Assembly (NCBI GenBank): GCA_037380845.1
Contig: JARRRI010000012.1
Location: 73,635 to 105,228, forward strand
Length of the DNA stretch: 31,594 nucleotides
Source of the DNA: Candidatus Sulfobium sp.
Lineage (GTDB): Bacteria; Nitrospirota; Thermodesulfovibrionia; Thermodesulfovibrionales; UBA6898
Direction: 5' to 3'
Shown here: piece by piece, positions 26,139 to 31,594 of the stretch
How the letters are laid out: each line of letters opens with the position of its first letter
How positions within the stretch are numbered: the stretch's first letter is position 1
Notes under the pieces: model-generated
Databases searched by the model: none
What the model was told of the DNA's origin: nothing
The model's input: the letters and a program-made list of their open reading frames with translations, nothing else
Translations under genes and position numbers: made by a program

Positions 26139-26528
26139 TCAGGAAAGGCGGGGAGGTTTTTCTATGGCTTTGGAATAAACTGATGAAGGAAGGGCATCAT
26201 AAGGGAACCCATCAAAATTGTCTGAAGCAGATGTTGAAGAAAGAATGCCTTTTTCAACAAGGGTGATATGAGTCAGGCCGTGACACACAATCCCCTCGGT
26301 TTCGTCTTCCATGCAGCCAAGAGGTCTTATACATGGCGACGCAGCCGGATTTCGGGCGTGAGTTTCCTTCCTGCAGCAGCGGCAGGATTTCATGGCATGG
26401 GAGCAATGACAGCGCAGGGAGCAATTCTCCGCCTCTGCGTTTTGGGAAGGCAGGGGCAGGGCGAGGTTGAATATGAACAGAAAAGCGAGCAGGATGAATG
26501 AAATTATCTTGTTGTAGCGCCTCATCAT
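26139..26528 (-). CDS. Small secreted Cys/His-rich protein ending IEKPPRLS (DUF2946-like leader)
   Basis: N-terminal signal/TM, CSLRCHCSHAMKSCRCC, further Cys residues and a C-terminal PP motif. Confidence 0.65.
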   Translation of the reverse strand: MMRRYNKIISFILLAFLFIFNLALPLPSQNAEAENCSLRCHCSHAMKSCRCCRKETHARNPAASPCIRPLGCMEDETEGIVCHGLTHITLVEKGILSSTSASDNFDGFPYDALPSSVYSKAIEKPPRLS

Positions 26529-26762
26529 TTGTTGTAACTTCGGAGCCGAATTTTACTATAATACACGAACCGGAAGGAATTTGCAGCCTTATTCGTTGTT
26601 GCCGGCTGCGGATAAACCTTTCAACGGACAACAATTGCATTTCAAGGTCCTGGTCGGCCCGAAAATATGTCCTTCCAGTGTTGCCATGCCCTGTCTCAAT
26701 GGACCCCGGATACGGCTTCGCGGTATGACAGATGAGGCTTTTTAAATTCTCCTTTTTGGACC

Positions 26763-27395
26763 TCAGATGTCTTTTGAGGGACAGATATTATAGAGAACAC
26801 ATTCCTTGTGCTTCGGTTTTTTTGCCTGGCATATTCTGCGGCCGTGGAAAATAAGAAGATGGGATATGCTGCCCCATTGATCCCTGGGCGTGATCTCCAT
26901 AAGGTCTTTTTCTATCTTGACCGGGTCCTCATTTTTTGTAAGTCCGAGGCGCTGGGAAAGTCTCCTGACGTGAGTGTCTACGGCAATCCCTTCGTTGATC
27001 CCGTAAGCGTTGGAAAGCACAATGTTGGCGGTTTTTCTGGCAACTCCCGGAAGGCTCGTAAGTTCTTCCATGGTCTGCGGCACTTTTGAGCCGAATTTTG
27101 CGACTATGATCCTGGCCGCTCCCTGAATGTTCTTTGCCTTATTGTTGTAAAAATTTATGGAACTAATGTCTTTCTTCAGGGCATCAAGCGGGATGCCGGC
27201 ATAATCCTCCACACTGCGGTATTTCCCGAACAGGGTTTCGGTTACCTTATTTACATGCGCATCCGTCGTCTGGGCCGACAGGATGGTTGCCACAAGCATT
27301 TCGAAGGGAGATGTGAAATTAAGAGCCGTCTTCGGTTCGGGATATTCTTTTTTGAGTTTTTTTAAAATCTCTCTGATTTTCTTTTTGCTGTCCAT
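26763..27395 (-). CDS. nth: Endonuclease III
   Basis: Start MDSKKK with GAGGAGG. ILSAQTTD, LPGVARKTAN (catalytic K), AVDTHV (catalytic D) and a C-terminal Fe-S motif. Confidence 0.96.
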   Translation of the reverse strand: MDSKKKIREILKKLKKEYPEPKTALNFTSPFEMLVATILSAQTTDAHVNKVTETLFGKYRSVEDYAGIPLDALKKDISSINFYNNKAKNIQGAARIIVAKFGSKVPQTMEELTSLPGVARKTANIVLSNAYGINEGIAVDTHVRRLSQRLGLTKNEDPVKIEKDLMEITPRDQWGSISHLLIFHGRRICQAKKPKHKECVLYNICPSKDI

Positions 27396-27498
27396 TATTT
27401 CCTCCTCAAGAATTAACCTGACCAATTAATCTACGGTTTATACAATTATGCACGCTGCCGCAGCTTCTTTCCAGCACCCGGACTTCTTCAGCGGACTG

Positions 27499-30400
27499 TC
27501 AGACAGGGACTATCTTCCTGAAGCCTTGACTGAAAGTCTGGAAGTTGTCTAGAATTACCAGGGCCTTTCTGCTTCCTGTGTAAGAATGATGTTTCTGGAT
27601 GAGGGACCTCAGAATTTCCATCTCCTGCGCCTCTTCCAGACAGAGAGACTTTACATAGGCGGAATTCAGCCGTCTCCGGAGTGTTTTGCCGGGATCAAGG
27701 AGGTAAATGAGACCGCCCGTCATTCCGGCCCCGATGTTAAAACCGGCCTCTCCCAATACTACGACAATGCCCCTGGTCATATACTCACACAGGTGGTGGC
27801 CGGTCCCTTCCACTACGGCGGTCGCCCCGCTATTCCTTACCGCAAACCGCTCCCCGGCCCTGCCGGCTGCATAGAATTCTCCCCCGGTTGCGCCATAGAG
27901 TATGGTATTGCCCGCTATTATCTGGTCCTGAAGCTCCCGTTCCGCCGGGGAAGGCATGATGACCAGCCTGCCGCCGAACATGCCTTTGCCCACGTAGTCG
28001 TTGGCTTCCCCGATCAACGTCAGCGACAGTCCTTTATGGTTGAAGGCTCCAAAGCTTTGACCTGCAGTCCCCCTGAAGGTCAGATTTATCGTATCGTGGG
28101 GAAGACCTCTGTCCCTGTACCGGCGTGCAATGTGATAATTGAGCTTCAGAGGTATGCTTCTTTCGGTATTCCTGATTTCATATTCCCGGGAGACACGTTC
28201 GGCTTTCTCTACATGTGGGAGCAAATCCTCAATGATCCTGTCGTTCATCGATGAGGAGGGATTATCATTTCGCTGCCGCGTGCACTTCCGCGTCTGATCT
28301 TCCCGATAACCTCCCAGAACCGCATCAAGCTTGAGCCGTCCGGACCCTTCCGGCAGGCCGGCGGCAGCCGGCTTCAACAGATCGGACTTTCCTATGATCT
28401 CCTCCATCGTCCGGAAGCCGATCCCGGCCAGTATCTCCCGCACCTCTTCAGCCACGGCGCTGAAATAGGAAACGACTCTATCGGCGGTGCCCCTGAATTT
28501 CCGCCTGAGTCTTTCATCCTGAGTGGCGATTCCCGTGGGGCAGGTGTTCAGGTGACATTGCCTTGCCATGACGCAGCCCAGTGCGATCATGGTGGCCGTG
28601 CCGAACCCGAATTCCTCGGCTCCCAGAAGGGCCGCCGTGACAACATCACGGCCGGTCCTGAGACCTCCGTCGACCCTTACTCTTATGCGGTCTCTCAAGC
28701 CGTTTTCCACGAGGACCTCCTGGGTCTCGGCAAGACCTGTCTCCCAGTAATTGCCCGCATTCTTTATAGAGCCGATGGGAGATGCCCCGGTTCCGCCCTC
28801 GCAGCCGCTAAGCTGGACTATGTCGGCGTATGATTTTGCTACTCCGGCGGCGACCGTCCCCACGCCGCTTTCGGAGACCAGCTTTACGCAGACCCTTGCC
28901 CCGGGGTTTATCGCCTTGAGATCGTTTATGAGCTGGGCCAGGTCCTCGATGGAGTATATATCGTGATGCGGCGGCGGTGATATGAGAAGGGTATTCGGGC
29001 TGCAGTGCCTCAGGGTGGCGATGTAAGCGGTCACCTTGTTTGCGGGGAGGTGGCCGCCTTCTCCCGGTTTCGCGCCCTGGGCGATTTTTATTTCGAGTTC
29101 TGCTGCTGATGCCAGGTACGCCGGGGTGACCCCGAACCTGCCTGAAGCTATCTGTTTGATAGCGCTGTTCCTTATCGTCCAGTACCTCGCGGGGTCTTCG
29201 CCCCCTTCTCCGCTGTTGCTCCTGATGCAAAGGAAGTTGCAGGCTTCCGCAATGGTCTCGTGGGCCTCGGGTGAGAGGGCGCCAACGGACATGGCGCCTG
29301 AAAAGAATCTCTTCAATATCATTTCCGGGGATTCGACCTCTTCGAGCGGTACGGGCTTCCCCTTCCTGTAATCCAGCAGATGACGTATAAAGACCGGCCT
29401 TCCATATGCCATTTTCGAAAACTCACGGTACAATCCTCTGTCGCCGCTCCTGACGAATCTGATCAGGGCCGCCACCGAAGACGTGGACCACTGGTGCCAT
29501 TCTCCGCCCTTCCTGTGTCTGAGATTGCCGCCGAAATCAAGTTCAGGCCTCCCCCCTTCAAAGCCCTGCGCATGTCTTTTCAGCAAAGATTGCTCCACTT
29601 CCACCAGACCGTCGGCTTCGAGCGTAACCGGGACATCCCTGAAGAATTCCTGAATGAAGTCGCGGTTGAGACAGACCGCGTCAAAAAGTCTGGCACCCCA
29701 GTAGGAATTGAGTGTAGATATCCCCAGGCGCGACATGACCTTGCGGAGTCCCTCTTCCAGGGCCTTCCTGTAGTTCGCCAGCGCGTACTCACAGGTCACT
29801 TGAAAGGTCCCGTTTTTACACGACTCTCTTATTGTATGGAGTGCAAGATAGGGGACCACGGCAGATGCGCCGCACCCTATCAGACACGCGAAATGGTGGA
29901 CGTCCCTTGCCTCTCCTGTCTCTATTACAATGCTGGCCCTGTTGCCGAGGCCTTCATTCTGCAACGCGGTAAAAGAAGCGGAGACCGCCAGAAGACTCGG
30001 AATTGCCGCCCGCTCTCCGGAAAGGTCCCTGTCTGAGAGTATAATGATCTCAGTCTTTTGTCTTACCGATAAGATCACTTTTCTCCGGAGGCGCCTCAGG
30101 GCAAACAAAAGAGGTGGCTCTTTTCCAGGAATACAGCAGGTCATGACGCCCTCTTCCTGGACCGGATCCAGGACATCTTCCATCCCTTTCAGGGAATAAG
30201 TTGTTTCGATCCTCTGCATTTTCAGGGGATTTTGGTCTTCCATCGCAGTCAGTTGGCTTTCAAAGAGTAGCGGCGAGCTTATCTGCAGTCTGGCGGCGTG
30301 GTCCGGCGTTTCCATGAGGAAGTTCCTCTTATGCCCGAGAGCCATTCTGAGCGACATGACCGTCTCCTCCCTGATCGGGTCGATGGGTGGATTCGTGACC

Positions 30401-31594
30401 TGGGAAAACCTCTGTTTGAAATACCGGAAAAGAAGTTGAGGTTTTTCTGAAAGCGGCGGGAGCGGGGTGTCATCGCCCATGGAGTAAGTCATCTCCTTTC
30501 CGTCTTCCGCCATTGTCTTAAGGGAAGTCTGTATTTCCTCGGCCGTATAGCCGAAGGCAGCCTGTTTGGCGGCGGCATCCTGCACGGGGACGGTCTTTCG
30601 GATATCTTCCCCGAGCCTGTGTAACCGGCTGTCGAGCCATCGCCTGTAGGGCTTCCTGGCGGAGAGCTCTTTCAGTATTTCGTCGGTATGCCTGACAGAG
30701 CCGTTCGAAGTATCTACGCAGAGAACGTCTCCCGGACCGAGTCTTCCCTTTTCTTCCACTCGTTCGCTCCCCATGTCCACCATGCCGGTCTCGGAACCCA
30801 GGATCAGGAAGCCGCTTTCGGTCCGGGTATACCTGAGCGGCCGCAGACCGTTTCGGTCAAGATGGGCACATACCTTTACGCCGTCCGTCAGGACGAGAGC
30901 TGCCGGCCCGTCCCACGGTTTCATCATCAGCGACTTGAATTCCAGGAAGGCTTTAGCACTTTCACCAAACCCGGATTCTTCCCATGCCGGCGGAACACAC
31001 ATGAGAATGGAGTGTTCCGGCGACCACCCTGCGAGCACAAGTAGTTCTATGATCCTGTCGAGGGATGCCGAATCGCTCTCTCCAAAAGAGATCAGGGGCC
31101 TGATCACTTCATTATCTTCTTCGAAGACCTCGTGTCTGATTTCATGCTCTATGGCGGACATCCAGTTCCTGTTGCCCTTGATGGTATTGATTTCCCCGTT
31201 ATGTGCCAGAACCCGGAAAGGCTGGGCGAGTTCCCAGACCGGGAAGGTGTTGGTAGAAAACCTCTGATGAAAGAGACAGAACGCCGAGTCGAAGCGGTCA
31301 TCCTGGAGGTCGGGGTAGAACCTGTGCAGCTGGGGAGCAGCCAGCATCCCTTTGTAGACTATGGTCTTCGTCGACAATGAGGGTATATAGACCTTTCCTC
31401 CGCGGGTATTTTCTATTTGCCTCCGTGCGATATAGAGCCTGACCTCTCTCTTTTCGGGCGGCACGTCCACAGCGTCAATCAGCAGCTGTCTTATCGCCGG
31501 TTTTACGGAAAGGGCCGAGTTTCCGAGGGCTTCGTCATTTATCGGAACATCTCTCCAGCCGACTATTTTGAACCCGCAGCCAATCAGGGTTTCT
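27499..31594 (-). CDS. gltB: Glutamate synthase large subunit, 5' end outside the window
   Basis: Frame stays open to the window edge (GWRDVP). HQRFSTNT, HNGEINT, PWDGPA, QVTNPPID, AQGAKPGEGG, CVMARQCHLNTC [3Fe-4S] and GXGXG C-terminal domain. Confidence 0.97.
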   Translation of the reverse strand, partial: ETLIGCGFKIVGWRDVPINDEALGNSALSVKPAIRQLLIDAVDVPPEKREVRLYIARRQIENTRGGKVYIPSLSTKTIVYKGMLAAPQLHRFYPDLQDDRFDSAFCLFHQRFSTNTFPVWELAQPFRVLAHNGEINTIKGNRNWMSAIEHEIRHEVFEEDNEVIRPLISFGESDSASLDRIIELLVLAGWSPEHSILMCVPPAWEESGFGESAKAFLEFKSLMMKPWDGPAALVLTDGVKVCAHLDRNGLRPLRYTRTESGFLILGSETGMVDMGSERVEEKGRLGPGDVLCVDTSNGSVRHTDEILKELSARKPYRRWLDSRLHRLGEDIRKTVPVQDAAAKQAAFGYTAEEIQTSLKTMAEDGKEMTYSMGDDTPLPPLSEKPQLLFRYFKQRFSQVTNPPIDPIREETVMSLRMALGHKRNFLMETPDHAARLQISSPLLFESQLTAMEDQNPLKMQRIETTYSLKGMEDVLDPVQEEGVMTCCIPGKEPPLLFALRRLRRKVILSVRQKTEIIILSDRDLSGERAAIPSLLAVSASFTALQNEGLGNRASIVIETGEARDVHHFACLIGCGASAVVPYLALHTIRESCKNGTFQVTCEYALANYRKALEEGLRKVMSRLGISTLNSYWGARLFDAVCLNRDFIQEFFRDVPVTLEADGLVEVEQSLLKRHAQGFEGGRPELDFGGNLRHRKGGEWHQWSTSSVAALIRFVRSGDRGLYREFSKMAYGRPVFIRHLLDYRKGKPVPLEEVESPEMILKRFFSGAMSVGALSPEAHETIAEACNFLCIRSNSGEGGEDPARYWTIRNSAIKQIASGRFGVTPAYLASAAELEIKIAQGAKPGEGGHLPANKVTAYIATLRHCSPNTLLISPPPHHDIYSIEDLAQLINDLKAINPGARVCVKLVSESGVGTVAAGVAKSYADIVQLSGCEGGTGASPIGSIKNAGNYWETGLAETQEVLVENGLRDRIRVRVDGGLRTGRDVVTAALLGAEEFGFGTATMIALGCVMARQCHLNTCPTGIATQDERLRRKFRGTADRVVSYFSAVAEEVREILAGIGFRTMEEIIGKSDLLKPAAAGLPEGSGRLKLDAVLGGYREDQTRKCTRQRNDNPSSSMNDRIIEDLLPHVEKAERVSREYEIRNTERSIPLKLNYHIARRYRDRGLPHDTINLTFRGTAGQSFGAFNHKGLSLTLIGEANDYVGKGMFGGRLVIMPSPAERELQDQIIAGNTILYGATGGEFYAAGRAGERFAVRNSGATAVVEGTGHHLCEYMTRGIVVVLGEAGFNIGAGMTGGLIYLLDPGKTLRRRLNSAYVKSLCLEEAQEMEILRSLIQKHHSYTGSRKALVILDNFQTFSQGFRKIVPV

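Noticed and set aside
27586..31380. Many plus-strand ORFs inside gltB
   Set aside because: Antisense shadows expected from GC-rich codon bias.

Overview
Bacterial chromosomal window of moderately high GC content. Gene style suggests an anaerobic Nitrospirota/Desulfobacterota-like organism (inference, not provable here). Housekeeping content: leuCD with a divergent LysR gene, a Rid-family gene, SRP RNA-dnaX-ybaB-recR, nth and a partial gltB. Accessory content: a partial fused membrane/spermidine-synthase-like gene, a cyclophilin-like gene, an MDR oxidoreductase, a DUF3300-DUF2950 pair, PflX-like radical SAM, AIR-synthase-like, TauE, a MASE3 kinase, an iron-sulfur flavoprotein and a PfkB kinase. 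The most striking candidate is a coupled three-gene unit at 18650-21220: an atypical histidine kinase, a response regulator whose output domain carries a HEPN/DUF4145-like RNxxxH motif, and a membrane-anchored degenerate OmpA/MotB-like protein. It follows a CobD/HisC-fold protein that has lost its PLP lysine. A second candidate is a Cys/His-rich secreted leader ORF ending in KPP upstream of a NosL-like/beta-barrel fusion, possibly a metal-sensing arrest-peptide system. Also seen: an Nth with His in place of one Fe-S Cys, several probable leaderless genes, nested palindromic repeats and candidate operators. No CRISPR array, tRNA, rRNA or intact transposase was seen. All family calls come from motif recognition by eye, not database searches.
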